NCBI GenBank assembly: GCA_000004985.1
Contig: GG738862.1
Reading direction: 5' to 3' (one strand)
DNA from: Naegleria gruberi
Lineage: Eukaryota
Length of the DNA stretch: 64,000 nucleotides
How positions within the stretch are numbered: position 1 is the first letter of the stretch; each line of letters begins with the position of its first letter. A model generated the notes under the pieces. It did no database searches, was not told where the DNA came from, and saw nothing but the letters and a program-made list of their open reading frames with translations. This document shows positions 12,059-22,838 of this stretch, piece by piece. Both the position numbers and the translations under genes were made by a program.

Positions 12059-14587
12059 ATGTCGGCCGATGATACAAATAATAATAATAATTTATCTCAT
12101 AGTTTAGTAGAAAATCCGGAACACATAAATATGCAATCTAATGATATGATTCTTGATGAAAATATAATCAGTGATACTAATAATAATTCATCAAATAATA
12201 ATAATAATAGTAATAATAGTAATAATAATATTATTACTGATAATAACGATGGTCAACAAGTAGTTGAGGATAATAACGTTGATGATTCTTTATTTATTGA
12301 AGAATCTGGCAATGAAAACCAGGAATCTGAATTGGAAAATATTATAATGGAAAATGAAATTATTAATAATATTAAATATAATAACAATCCGATATCAGAA
12401 TTTAATAGTAACCTAATGGATAACATAAAATCTATTGTTGACTTATTTGGAAATCGACCAGATTCATTAATTACAGAATTAAATAGATTTGTTCAAAAAT
12501 TTTTACAACAAAATATTGAAGAAATTCAATTTCTTAAAGTTAAAAACCATGTATTACAAGAATTAATTATAGATTTAAAATCTAAAGCTTATGAAGCTTC
12601 TTCAACACAAAATCATAGGGAAGAGACAGTAATTTTAGAATTATCCAAGATGAGAAGAGAAAAATCCAACAATCAAATATCACCACCATCTCCAGAAACA
12701 AATGAATATATGCAATCAAGCTCTGCACATACTCTTCTCACTGGAGGAGCTTCTACAAATAACCCACAGAGGAGAACAAGAAGAATCAGAAAGAAACTGA
12801 ATGAACCAGTTCATAAAGTTTCATCACACGATGCCAATGAAAGTTCTGACGAAGATGAAGATGATCATAAGATGACAGATGAACATTATAGGCCAAATAA
12901 TGATGTATACGCACGATTAAATTCAATGAGATTAAGCGAAATAGAATATCCAAGTAGTGATGTAAATCAACCTGAATCTGACGAGGACGAAACAGAAAAC
13001 GAATTTTCCACTCCTGAAAAACCAAAGAAAAAGAAGAAAAAGAATACCTCAGACGAAGATAATGATTACATTCCAAATCTTAAACCACAACCTCGCACCA
13101 ATATTATCTCCAGTCATCCTCAACCACCTAAGACAACAACACTAGTATCTCCACCAAGCTCCTCGAGTATTGCCAGCTCTGTTTCTAAACCTGTTAATAG
13201 TAGTAGGTCAGCAAATATTAAGCCTCCAATCGCTATCACAAATCCTATTACCATTATTAACAATTCTGGTCCACCGACCCAACCAACAACCAACATTCCA
13301 AAACGTAGAGGAAGACCAAGAAGAGTTAGACCAGAAGATACTGCTGCTAACTTACAACCCTCGCTTTCTGGTCCTCTTGGAGCAGTAATGACTCAACCTT
13401 TCCAAGAAACAATCAAAAATCCCCTCTCTACTACAGCTATTCAAAGAACTGCTTCTACTGGTACGGAGGATACTACAGCTCCAAATAGTGGCCCCAATAC
13501 TACTACTACTACAGCGTCATCCAGTAATAGTGGTGCTTTCCCCTCAATAACTCCTTCTGATCAAAAGATGAACCAAAGCACCAATAACAATCCAGCAGCC
13601 GACTCCTCTCAGATGCCAACAACAGAAATGTTCTCTCGTATACCTCCAAACATGTTTGAATCACCAGCTTCCTTACAACCAACTATTCAAACCACTCCTT
13701 CAAATGGTGGCGAATCTAGCTCATCAAATAGCTTTTCGGCAAATGTATATAATCAAATGATGTCACAGAGTTTATTGGCGCAACAAAAGAAAAGAGGTCC
13801 TAAACCAGGTCCAAGACGTGGTGGATCTAAGGCCATGTTTACTATTTATGATTCTAATTCTTTCAAACTTACATATGAGAAGCCTGGTGTTACAAAGATT
13901 ACAAAAGCTTCGATTTCAAATGGTCCACAAACCATCTTTGTTGACTCTGATGTTTCACAATATGCAGAATTGTCAAATGCTCTTGGCTCTATAGGTGGTA
14001 ATGTCGTGTCCCAGTTTGGAAATGCTACCGATAGCCAAACTCGTCAAATAACAACAAATGAGAATGTAAGCAGTACTAGCAGTAACAGTAAGACCACACC
14101 AATCACCACCACAACAACAACAACACAACCAAACAATATTAGCAATAATAATGTTGCAAGCAACAGTATTTCAACTGTTGTTGCTTCATCAACAGATACA
14201 GGGATAACTTCACACAACAACAGCTCATCGAAAGCATCTCGCCGTTTCACCAGCCATGCCTCCAACATGATCAACAACAACCTTAATACTGGTTCACCAA
14301 TTATTGCCTCCAACTTTACAGGAGGCAATAATGGTGGAGGTATCCTTGTGATGAATCCAACCTCCAATAATACGGCTGCAAGTCATCCATTCTTGGTGCC
14401 AAGTGCTACTAATCCAAAGAGGAATATTGAGCCTAATAGCAGCAGAGATTACTTTGCCCAAATAACGACAGAGACCAAAGACGGAACACAAGATAACAGA
14501 TTGAGTGTTGAGATGAGCTCGTTAGCGGTTGTGAAACATGAAGAAGAGGAAAGACGAAACAGCATCAAGACAAACAATGCTCAATAA
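12059..14587 (+). CDS. low-complexity Asn/Ser/Thr-rich nuclear protein with AT-hook motifs
   Basis: An 842-aa ORF. It contains 'KRRGRPRRVRP' and 'KKRGPKPGPRRG' (GRP-core AT-hooks), an acidic stretch and poly-N/poly-T tracts. Confidence 0.6.
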   Translation: MSADDTNNNNNLSHSLVENPEHINMQSNDMILDENIISDTNNNSSNNNNNSNNSNNNIITDNNDGQQVVEDNNVDDSLFIEESGNENQESELENIIMENEIINNIKYNNNPISEFNSNLMDNIKSIVDLFGNRPDSLITELNRFVQKFLQQNIEEIQFLKVKNHVLQELIIDLKSKAYEASSTQNHREETVILELSKMRREKSNNQISPPSPETNEYMQSSSAHTLLTGGASTNNPQRRTRRIRKKLNEPVHKVSSHDANESSDEDEDDHKMTDEHYRPNNDVYARLNSMRLSEIEYPSSDVNQPESDEDETENEFSTPEKPKKKKKKNTSDEDNDYIPNLKPQPRTNIISSHPQPPKTTTLVSPPSSSSIASSVSKPVNSSRSANIKPPIAITNPITIINNSGPPTQPTTNIPKRRGRPRRVRPEDTAANLQPSLSGPLGAVMTQPFQETIKNPLSTTAIQRTASTGTEDTTAPNSGPNTTTTTASSSNSGAFPSITPSDQKMNQSTNNNPAADSSQMPTTEMFSRIPPNMFESPASLQPTIQTTPSNGGESSSSNSFSANVYNQMMSQSLLAQQKKRGPKPGPRRGGSKAMFTIYDSNSFKLTYEKPGVTKITKASISNGPQTIFVDSDVSQYAELSNALGSIGGNVVSQFGNATDSQTRQITTNENVSSTSSNSKTTPITTTTTTTQPNNISNNNVASNSISTVVASSTDTGITSHNNSSSKASRRFTSHASNMINNNLNTGSPIIASNFTGGNNGGGILVMNPTSNNTAASHPFLVPSATNPKRNIEPNSSRDYFAQITTETKDGTQDNRLSVEMSSLAVVKHEEEERRNSIKTNNAQ

Positions 14588-15298
14588 CCCCACAATCGCA
14601 TCATTTAATAGTGGAGCACCTGCACAACACGACCCGCTAAACCATCCCCCACCAATTGTTCGTATAAGGTTGGCTCCTCAATTGCAAACACCAGAATCAA
14701 CCATTGCTACCTCTTCGAGTAGTAGTAGTGGAAGCAGTGGTAATTTCACAACAGGATCTTTTAACAACAATATTGGAAATAATGAAACTACAGTTGAGGA
14801 AAGAAAAAAGCTTTGTAGTAGACGTGTTAGAAAGGTGTAATATTAATACCAAACAATGTGAAGAATCAATAAAATAACTGTAATATTAGTTCTTATACAA
14901 AATTGGTTGAATTCTTCTTTTATTTCTCCTCCCAAACATAATTGCACGCTACCCGAATATTTACAACGAACCATTTATTCATCAGCATTAAAGAGCGCGC
15001 AATTGATTCTCTCTCCTCTCACAACACCACTTAATGCATTAAGGTGAGAAAGAGATTGTTTTTGTTAAGTAATTTTGGGCTTTATTTTAAAAACCGCGAA
15101 GGGACTCAATGTTGATCTTGCTTTTTTGCTCACATAAAGATGGTACAACCGCTTTTGTTATTTTGAAAAAAATAAGGTTCATTCCATACCCTTTCTTCTT
15201 CTCTCTTTTCCGTAGCCTTAAATAATATTTTACCAACAATATAGGCTTCTCTTTGTACATTCTAAACATCATCCAAACCAATTTCCACCCTCAATATT

Positions 15299-17101
15299 AT
15301 GAATCCGTTAACTCAACAGGAGTCTAAACCACTGTACAATATTACACCTGTACAACAAGAGACCATCCCATCAAAAGACGACTATCAAATGGTTCTTGTT
15401 CAAGATTCAAATACACAATATCAACACCAACAACAAATACTACCACTCTCCATGCAACAAAATTATCAATTCCACAATTTTGTCCCACTAGAAGTAAGAG
15501 CAGGTGCTTACGCTTTTGAACATAAACCTGTAATAAGAAGCTCTTCATTCTCAGGTTATGAAAACTATCCAACCCAATATACAAATGATAGAGGGTTCCA
15601 ATTTAGGACAGCCTCAAACAATAATTATATTCCACAAAATCCTCATCCATCTTTTTCAGGTTCCAGCGCTACTTCCACTAACAACAACAATACTACTACA
15701 TCGCCTGATGTATCTAATATTATGAATACAGTTACTTCTCAAAATCCAACAACTCTCCTTCATCAATCCTCCAATATTAACAGCCCTATGTCATATAGTA
15801 GTCCTCTTGAAAACACTGCAACAAGTAGAGACGGTTCAAACACTCCAACTTCTCCTAATCCCCAAATCAAACCATTTGAATCAAGTCTTATTGAACGTCT
15901 CTCACCTGCAAGAAAGAGGTCCAATTCAGAACCCACCAATTCTAGATCTGCTAAGTTGAAGAAGAAACGTTCATGTGCTAGATGGACGGAAGAAGAAAAC
16001 AAAAAGTTAATTGAAGCATATATTAAGTATGAAGGCAAGAATTGGAGTGCCATTGCAAAGACTGTTGGAAACAAAACCAGCGACCAGTGTAACCAACATT
16101 GGTGGAGAGTTTTGAATCCTGAAATTTGTAAGCAACCTTGGGGTAACGATGAGGATCAATTACTCTATGACCGTGTTCAAGAATTTGGTGAAAGCTCATG
16201 GAAGAAGGTTTCTCAAGGTTTAAGAGGAAGAACAGATCTTCAATGTAGACACAGATGGAACCAACTTAAGAAGCTTTCAAAGAAGCAACCTGGTTCTAGC
16301 TCTGGTACACCTCCTCTTGTTCTAGAGAATTCATCTGAGCTTCAAGATGTTGTTAACACCTCCTTGACTTCAACCAACTCTGGAGAATTGATTAGAGTTG
16401 CAGGCTATTACCAAATGTCACAAGGTGAAGAGCAATTAGGAAGCACAGCAGCAACCCAAGATGCTTCATCACCATCTAGGAAGTCACAAACTCAAGTTAC
16501 AACAGTCCAAGAACCTCAAGGAATTTATCAAGACTTTTACTTCCAACAACCAATGGTCTCTACACAAGTTCAATATCAACCGAACCATGTAGATTACAGA
16601 GAGACTGTTGTTGCTGAAGGTGATGTACCTTCCATGGTTGTTTATCAAACTCAACCTATTCAACACATTCAACAACTCCAACCAATGCAGCACATTCAAA
16701 CAATTCAAAGTATTCAACCTATGCAACATATTCAAAGTATTCAAGGAATGCAACCAATGCAAACAATACACTCCCTTCAACCAATTCAACACATTCAAAC
16801 AATTCAACCAGTAGGTCATCAACCTCATACAGGTATTTACCATTATTCTTTCCCTGTCTATCAACAACCAATGACAACTCAATCTTATTACCACACAACT
16901 GAGGTCCAAAGTTATCCTGAACATCCTCAAAATGGAGATGAATTTTTTGAACCTGTTCAAACTGGTGTGAATAATGGTGAGGAAAATACCCAAGTTGATA
17001 TTGACATTTTGGAAGCTGTACTTCAAAACCAGTCAAGAATGGAGAATAGAGATGAGATTTTTGAAACAACCCAAGAACAAAGAGAAGGCCATTACTACTA
17101 A
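15299..17101 (+). CDS. Myb/SANT-domain transcription factor (R2R3-type) with a Q/H/I-rich tandem repeat tail
   Basis: Two Myb repeats are present: 'RWTEEENKKLIEAYIKYEGKNWSAIAKTVGNKTSDQCNQHWWRVLNP' and 'WGNDEDQLLYDRVQEFGESSWKKVSQGLRGRTDLQCRHRWNQL'. The C-terminus carries imperfect 'QHIQTIQS/PMQ' repeats. Confidence 0.8.
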   Translation: MNPLTQQESKPLYNITPVQQETIPSKDDYQMVLVQDSNTQYQHQQQILPLSMQQNYQFHNFVPLEVRAGAYAFEHKPVIRSSSFSGYENYPTQYTNDRGFQFRTASNNNYIPQNPHPSFSGSSATSTNNNNTTTSPDVSNIMNTVTSQNPTTLLHQSSNINSPMSYSSPLENTATSRDGSNTPTSPNPQIKPFESSLIERLSPARKRSNSEPTNSRSAKLKKKRSCARWTEEENKKLIEAYIKYEGKNWSAIAKTVGNKTSDQCNQHWWRVLNPEICKQPWGNDEDQLLYDRVQEFGESSWKKVSQGLRGRTDLQCRHRWNQLKKLSKKQPGSSSGTPPLVLENSSELQDVVNTSLTSTNSGELIRVAGYYQMSQGEEQLGSTAATQDASSPSRKSQTQVTTVQEPQGIYQDFYFQQPMVSTQVQYQPNHVDYRETVVAEGDVPSMVVYQTQPIQHIQQLQPMQHIQTIQSIQPMQHIQSIQGMQPMQTIHSLQPIQHIQTIQPVGHQPHTGIYHYSFPVYQQPMTTQSYYHTTEVQSYPEHPQNGDEFFEPVQTGVNNGEENTQVDIDILEAVLQNQSRMENRDEIFETTQEQREGHYY

Positions 17102-17140
17102 GATTGTAAACTATTGTATTTATATTGATTTTATTAAGCA

Positions 17141-18229
17141 TCACCTTTTTTTCTTTGCTGACAGCGGGTCCAACGGGTTATAAATTGATTTAAGATCTTT
17201 TTTGTATTTCATTTTAAATAGTTCCGATAGATAGGGCTCCCCAGAGTGCTCTAAAACTGTTAAAATTTCTTGTTTTTCTTCTTCAGTAATAAAAGGTTCA
17301 ATGCTTAAATGATTACTTTCTTCATTCGTTTCAGGATTTTCTAAAGTGGGTGATGTTTCGTCTACCTCTGTCCTTGATTCTGTAACATCACTCACTGTAT
17401 CATCATAGTTCAGAGATGCCTGAGAATCTTTAAATCTTGAATAAAAATTGTAAAAGTTTTCCTTGTTATGTAAAATTAGCGTTACTCCAAGTTGAGATAA
17501 TTCGATTTTTCTCAGAAATTTTGAAGAGTCTCTTTCATAAGATTTAAATAAGTAAGCATCCTTAATACTTTGTCTTGCTGCATAAATATCATCGTCCATC
17601 AACAGACATTCTAATTGCTTTTCAAATATTCCACTTTGCTCATTTTTCGTTTTCTTTTGCATCTCTTCCTCCAAGAAATCGTCTACTAATTGCCTAGGTG
17701 TTGATTTGATTGTTTTTCTACTGGTGTATGATCCTGAAACTGTACTAGAGTCATCACCTTTTCTACTTTTACTTGGTGCAGATCCTTGTCTTGGTCGGAG
17801 AGTGGAAGGAAAGAATGATGGAATTGATTGTTTTTTCGGGTCATCATCCAATGCAAACGAAGCCTCACTCGCTGAAGAATTCTTCTTTTGTCCCAAATTT
17901 AATCCACCTTTCGTTCTTGCGTTAACTTTCTTAACAACCAACGTTGAGGGAGTTAATCGATGTTGCCCGTATTGATTCGGCAATACTTCCAATCTATTTA
18001 ATACTTGTTTTGATGAATTTAACGATCCCGTTACATTCGTAGAAGAGTGATAATGATGAGGTTGAAATTGATGAGTTGGACTCATAAACCCATTAAATTG
18101 TGGTTTCAGTGTAGAGATGCTCATATGTAATTGCTGTTTTCCCTCCATTTTTTTTACATTTGTTTTGATGAGAAAAAACAACATCAGTAAATGTTTTATC
18201 TCATGAATTGCTGTAACAACAACTGACAA
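17141..18229 (-). CDS. hypothetical protein
   Basis: A 362-aa ORF with a basic, Ser-rich N-terminal half. I recognise no domain. Confidence 0.4.
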   Translation of the reverse strand: MSVVVTAIHEIKHLLMLFFLIKTNVKKMEGKQQLHMSISTLKPQFNGFMSPTHQFQPHHYHSSTNVTGSLNSSKQVLNRLEVLPNQYGQHRLTPSTLVVKKVNARTKGGLNLGQKKNSSASEASFALDDDPKKQSIPSFFPSTLRPRQGSAPSKSRKGDDSSTVSGSYTSRKTIKSTPRQLVDDFLEEEMQKKTKNEQSGIFEKQLECLLMDDDIYAARQSIKDAYLFKSYERDSSKFLRKIELSQLGVTLILHNKENFYNFYSRFKDSQASLNYDDTVSDVTESRTEVDETSPTLENPETNEESNHLSIEPFITEEEKQEILTVLEHSGEPYLSELFKMKYKKDLKSIYNPLDPLSAKKKR

Positions 18230-18270
18230 TGATTTATTATTAAGGAAATATTGGATTGATATTTAAATTT

Positions 18271-19157
18271 TTAATTTTTAATTATGTCTGTATTGGAGCA
18301 GTGATGTTCCTTGAGTTGCTGTTTACGCATTCGTTGGAAAATAAGTTTCTCTAATTGTTCTAGCTCAGTTAGTGTGATAATCTTTTGATTTACAAAAATA
18401 CTCCTCAGAAAGGTAATGTATTCCATCCAAAAATCATTATTAGAAGGCTGATGAGTTTTAATAAACGTCTTGAATTCCTCAAATGTGTAAACTTTTCTAT
18501 CTGTAGTGTTGATATCAATAATGGTCTGAATTTGATTTTCTATTTCAGATAAAAACATTCAGATTAATAAATTCGAAACGTAAACATACTATTCACTTCC
18601 TCACCAATTTTCTGAACCCATGTTTTCATTTGATTCTTTTCCAAATCATTCATTTCATTAAATGAAAAATTGTAAAATAAATTAACCGATGCAAATGTTG
18701 AAATATTACTCGTTGGTAATTCCTTGAGTGTGATGGGATCAAAAAATTTGAGTCCACTCTTATTCAATTTTTTAGAAATAATCACATGAACATCACCTCT
18801 ACTACCTATCAAATCAATATTCAACACTGAAAAATCATTCACATGAAATAATTTCCAATGTTCCAATAACATGTTAAAATTATCCCACATTTTCTTACAA
18901 TGAAAACAATGAAAATCATATTGAAATTGAATTTCCTCTTTCCGTTCATTCCAAATTTTAATTGTTCTAGCTTTTGGTGTCTTGACAAAATATTCTCGGG
19001 TTAAAAGTGCACTCGGATATTTAATTCGATGTAGAATTACAATCACCTCATCAAGTGTTTTCTTTTTAATTTTACATTGTTTCTTGTATTTACAATTCCG
19101 ATGATAGAGAGAAATTTCTCTTCTTTGTGTGATATTCAAAGATTCTGGTTGAGTCAT
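18271..19157 (-). CDS. hypothetical protein with a C2H2-like zinc-finger motif. Putative exons 18590-19157 and 18271-18539, with a 50-nt GTATGT intron.
   Basis: Two adjacent ORFs are separated by only 5 nt. A GTATGT donor at 18589 and an acceptor AATAG at 18540 join them in frame at phase 1, giving '...EEVNK|NQIQTIIDINTTDRK...'. The 'FHCFHCKKMWDNFNMLLEHWKLFH' segment resembles a C2H2 finger. Confidence 0.45.
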
Positions 19158-19437
19158 TTTTTTTGATTTGATTTTTTATTTCTCAATAATTTGTATCAAT
19201 ATTTTGTGTATTTACAAGGTATGAAGAATTTGTTGTGGATAACTACTACTCAAAGTGAATGAAATATTCCATAAACTTGAGTATTTTTTCTTTGAAAGAG
19301 AGATCTTTCCTATTGAGGTGTCCTTAAAATTTTGGAAGGACAATCTCAATTAATGAGCAATGATTCATCAGATAAGTACTATCTGCTATCTGAGAATGAT
19401 ATATTTTCTATTGCTCAATATCTTTCATAAAGATATG

Positions 19438-20319
19438 TTAGACCACTTGTTGTCTTCTCAAAAGTGCATTTTCCTCTTCCAATAATTTAATTCGTTGTTC
19501 GAGATTGGCAACTTTTTCTTCCAAGGTTTGAATGTAGAGTTTCTTACGTTCTCTAGAAGCTTGTGCAGATTGTCTATTTCTAATCAATCTTCTTTCCTTC
19601 TTTTCTTTTTGTCTATCATCAGGGTCCTTTCTTTGTCTCTTCTTTTCCATATTGGAGGATGGAACATTCTCTTCATCAGTTGTTACAATTTGATTTGAAA
19701 TATCTTGAAGAGTGCTAGTAGTGGTATTTGCTGATTTCTTTTGTCTCTTCTTAATTGGAACTGAATCAATATTTGACTTGTCCAAATCAAGTTGCGGAGT
19801 AACACAATTAGCACTATTAGGACTTGAAGAGCTGGTAGAATAACCACTTTGATTCATCAATATATCAACTTGTTGATTCATATTTGTGTTCAATAAAGTA
19901 TTGGAAGTTGATGAACTGTTTGGTGATGGAAATGGTGGAATAATAAATGCAGTACTATGTGCATTTCCATTACTATTTGGAGATGGAAATGGTGGAAAGA
20001 AATAGTTTGGCTGTTTATGAATTGGAAATACTCCGCCACTACTCATAACAATTTGTTTTGGCATTTGATGACTATTATTTAAACCATTAGTGTTCTGATG
20101 ATGATTACTATTTGATTCGACATGAATAGTTTTTGATTTAGAGCTATAAATTCTCTTAACTGGCTCTGTAATAGGAGTAGTATTATTATTACTATTACTA
20201 TTATGAATATTATGAATATTATTACTATTATTTGAATTATTTTGCAATTGATTCAAGTTGTTTTGATCTTGATGATAGTTAGGAGGGGAGGTTCCCGGTA
20301 AAATTTGTCCAATATCCAT
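19438..20319 (-). CDS. bZIP transcription factor
   Basis: The C-terminal basic region 'KKERRLIRNRQSAQASRERKK' is followed by a leucine zipper with heptad leucines ('LEEKVANLEQRIKLLEEENALLRRQ'). The N-terminus is N/S/P-rich low complexity. Confidence 0.8.
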   Translation of the reverse strand: MDIGQILPGTSPPNYHQDQNNLNQLQNNSNNSNNIHNIHNSNSNNNTTPITEPVKRIYSSKSKTIHVESNSNHHQNTNGLNNSHQMPKQIVMSSGGVFPIHKQPNYFFPPFPSPNSNGNAHSTAFIIPPFPSPNSSSTSNTLLNTNMNQQVDILMNQSGYSTSSSSPNSANCVTPQLDLDKSNIDSVPIKKRQKKSANTTTSTLQDISNQIVTTDEENVPSSNMEKKRQRKDPDDRQKEKKERRLIRNRQSAQASRERKKLYIQTLEEKVANLEQRIKLLEEENALLRRQQVV

Positions 20320-20965
20320 TTTAATTGTGGCAGTTTTAAACTAATGTAACTGAAAGGGAGAATATTTGATAGGTAGATAACAATACTTTTATTCTTCTAT
20401 ATGTGATGATGAATAACAAGTGATCGTTATCTTTTTTGAAAGTGCGGAGTGTTTTTCAGACGCTGTTGTGTGATGATACCTGATGTTCAAGTATTTTTTA
20501 GTTCAGTAAAAATTGTGTTGTTTGATGATGAATTGGTGATGTGTTTGTTCCAATAGAATTGGGAGGTTTACAAAAAATTGCTATTTTTAAATATTGGCGC
20601 GATAATTCAACCAGAAATGGTGCAAAATCGAAAATACACAAAACAAACAAGCGATTTATCAAAATAATGATGATAAGAAGAAATGTTTTTGAAAAGGGAG
20701 AAAGCAAGATGTATTTTTCTCAGATTTATATGATTTGTAGTCATCATTATTTAATTTTCATTGTAATAATGTTCCTAATCAAAATGTTTTAACAGTTTTA
20801 ATGGATAACTTGTTGTTTGTTCATGGTGTACCATTACTCCGAGTGGTTTTGTTTTTGAAAAAACTTTCTGTGCATTAATTAGAAAAGAAAGTGCAAACTT
20901 TTCAGAATGAAAGAAAAAATCAACTAAACAAATGGACAAGAAAACATGATAATTTAAAATATGAA

Positions 20966-21038
20966 ACGCCCACCGTGGGGGTCGAACCCACGACCACAAG
21001 GTTAAGAGCCTTGCGCTCTACCGACTGAGCTAGACGGG
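20966..21038 (-). tRNA. tRNA-Lys (anticodon CUU)
   Basis: The reverse complement 'GCCCGTCTAGCTCAGTCGGTAGAGCGCAAGGCTCTTAACCTTGTGGTCGTGGGTTCGACCCCCACGGTGGGCG' folds as a cloverleaf. It has a 7-bp acceptor stem (two G-U pairs), a GTCGGTAGAGC D-loop, a CTCTTAA anticodon loop and a GGTTCGA T-loop. Confidence 0.9.
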
Positions 21039-21633
21039 CTACATTTGTTCTTATTAAAATATCTAAATACTTGATTCAACCTTACATAATAGGAGTAAAA
21101 ATATCCAACATTAATAAATGTGTTGAGTTTTGATTAATAGTTTCGAAACCAGTGACAAAGATACTGTAATATTGGAAGTTATTAATGCTTAACAGGACAG
21201 TAACAGCACTTAATGTTTTTTTTTGTTATAATGGAATAACTAATACGTTAATAATTATAGTGACATGGCTTCTTTAGAACTGCTATATCCACAAAACAGC
21301 AATAAGAATGTTTTACTGTAAAACTATACAATTCAATAAATTGTAACAATTTGTTAAAGTAACACAATAAGGGTATATCTTTATTATTTGACATTTAAAT
21401 AGAGGTTCTCATGAATAGTGCGACATTTACTAATCGAGAGTTGTGGAACAATTTGTTGCAAGTTTACCACAATGTGAAAGAGATGAAGCACAACAAGAAA
21501 TTGTCCACTATTCTGAAAAGATTAGTTCCTCTCCATATTTTCACAAGATTATTAACTTGGACTTGTCGAGCTCATTAGTTTCTAATCAATTGAATATTGT
21601 TAGCAAGATTTTAACCAATTTGATTAATTTACT

Positions 21634-22734
21634 ATGGAATGTTATGCATTGGATGAAGAAGCTTGTTTGAGACTTGTTACTGAAATTTGTAAATCAAAAA
21701 GTCTCAAATCAATATCTTTGCGTAATTGTAAAATGAATGTTGAATGTGGTCAAATTTTGGTCAACTCGCCATTGGTTAATCAATTAGAATCACTTTCATT
21801 AGCAAATTGCGGTTTGAAGAATGAGTGTATTCAACTCATTTGTGATTCAATGAAGAATTTGACAGAATTGGATGTTTCAGCAAGTTATTTAACATATGAA
21901 AGTGGCCTCAAGGTTATTGCTACTTCTCCAAATATGAAGAATTTGAAAACTCTTAATATTGGTTGCGTGTATGGTATTCCAAATGATGTTGCTCGTCTCT
22001 TTGAAACATTGACTCAATTGACTTCACTTGACATTAGTAAATACAAAATTGGATTGAGGGGATGTAAATCATTAAGTGAATCATTCAAGAGTTTAACAAG
22101 TTTACATGTTTGGGATTGTGAGATTGGAGTTGAGGGTGCTAAATGTTTGAGTGAAATCAAGACTTTGAAACAGTTGACTTGTCCATCAAATGATTTAGGT
22201 GTTGAAGGTTCTAAACATATTGGAACAATGACTCAATTGATCTTTCTAAATATTGGTTTAAATAATATTGGAGCTGAAGGTGCTGAACATATTTCCAAGT
22301 TGGTCAATTTGAAACAATTGTTTATAACTGCCAACTCAATTGGAGGAAAAGGTGCTAAACATATTGCAGAGATGACCAATTTAACAGAACTCCAAATTAC
22401 CTCCAATGATATCGGTGATGAAGGTGCCAAATCACTCAGCAAACTTCTTAAATTGAGAAAATTATGTTGTAATAACAATGGAGTTGGAAATGAAGGAGCC
22501 CTTGCCATTGCTAATAATTTAATTGAATTGGAAAAGATTGAATTGAATGATAATCCGAATGTTATTGATGAGGGAGCTAAGGCAATTATTGACCTGCCAT
22601 TTGTCAAATCTGTTGAACTTTCTCGTGATAATCTTAGTGAAGAAACTCAACAATATTGTTATAAGAAAATGCCACGTGGTTTACTCATGTTTGCTAAAAG
22701 AGATTGGGAATATGATGGTGAATTTGATGAGTAA
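21634..22734 (+). CDS. ribonuclease-inhibitor-like (RNI-type) leucine-rich-repeat protein
   Basis: About 24-28-residue repeats of the form 'L(T/K)xLxIxxNxIGxEGAKxLSExxxL' run throughout. An upstream ORF (21443-21670, in another frame and overlapping) may be a 5' extension reached through an unresolved frameshift or intron. Confidence 0.65.
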   Translation: MECYALDEEACLRLVTEICKSKSLKSISLRNCKMNVECGQILVNSPLVNQLESLSLANCGLKNECIQLICDSMKNLTELDVSASYLTYESGLKVIATSPNMKNLKTLNIGCVYGIPNDVARLFETLTQLTSLDISKYKIGLRGCKSLSESFKSLTSLHVWDCEIGVEGAKCLSEIKTLKQLTCPSNDLGVEGSKHIGTMTQLIFLNIGLNNIGAEGAEHISKLVNLKQLFITANSIGGKGAKHIAEMTNLTELQITSNDIGDEGAKSLSKLLKLRKLCCNNNGVGNEGALAIANNLIELEKIELNDNPNVIDEGAKAIIDLPFVKSVELSRDNLSEETQQYCYKKMPRGLLMFAKRDWEYDGEFDE

Positions 22735-22838
22735 ACAATTTCATATTCACAATAAACAAGTTGCAATTTAATATAACAAAATAGGCAACCGATATAATGA
22801 ACTTTTTACAATGAGTTCACATTTCCACACAGAAAAAA

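Noticed and set aside
12059-14587. Poly-N/AAT-rich coding tracts considered as microsatellite repeats or mobile-element remnants
   Set aside because: They are in frame within long ORFs, and such tracts are typical of N-rich proteins from AT-rich protists.
16484-17144. Antisense and alternate-frame ORFs overlapping annotated genes (for example 16484-17026, 22233-22607, 51856-52185, 53820-54140, 14044-14367)
   Set aside because: They lie opposite to, or out of frame with, genes that carry clear domain homology. Their translations are low-complexity artefacts of repetitive coding sequence.
21443-21670. An upstream ORF as a definite first exon of the LRR gene at 21634
   Set aside because: It overlaps in a different frame and I could not find a GT...AG pair that joins the two cleanly. 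I mention it only as a possibility.
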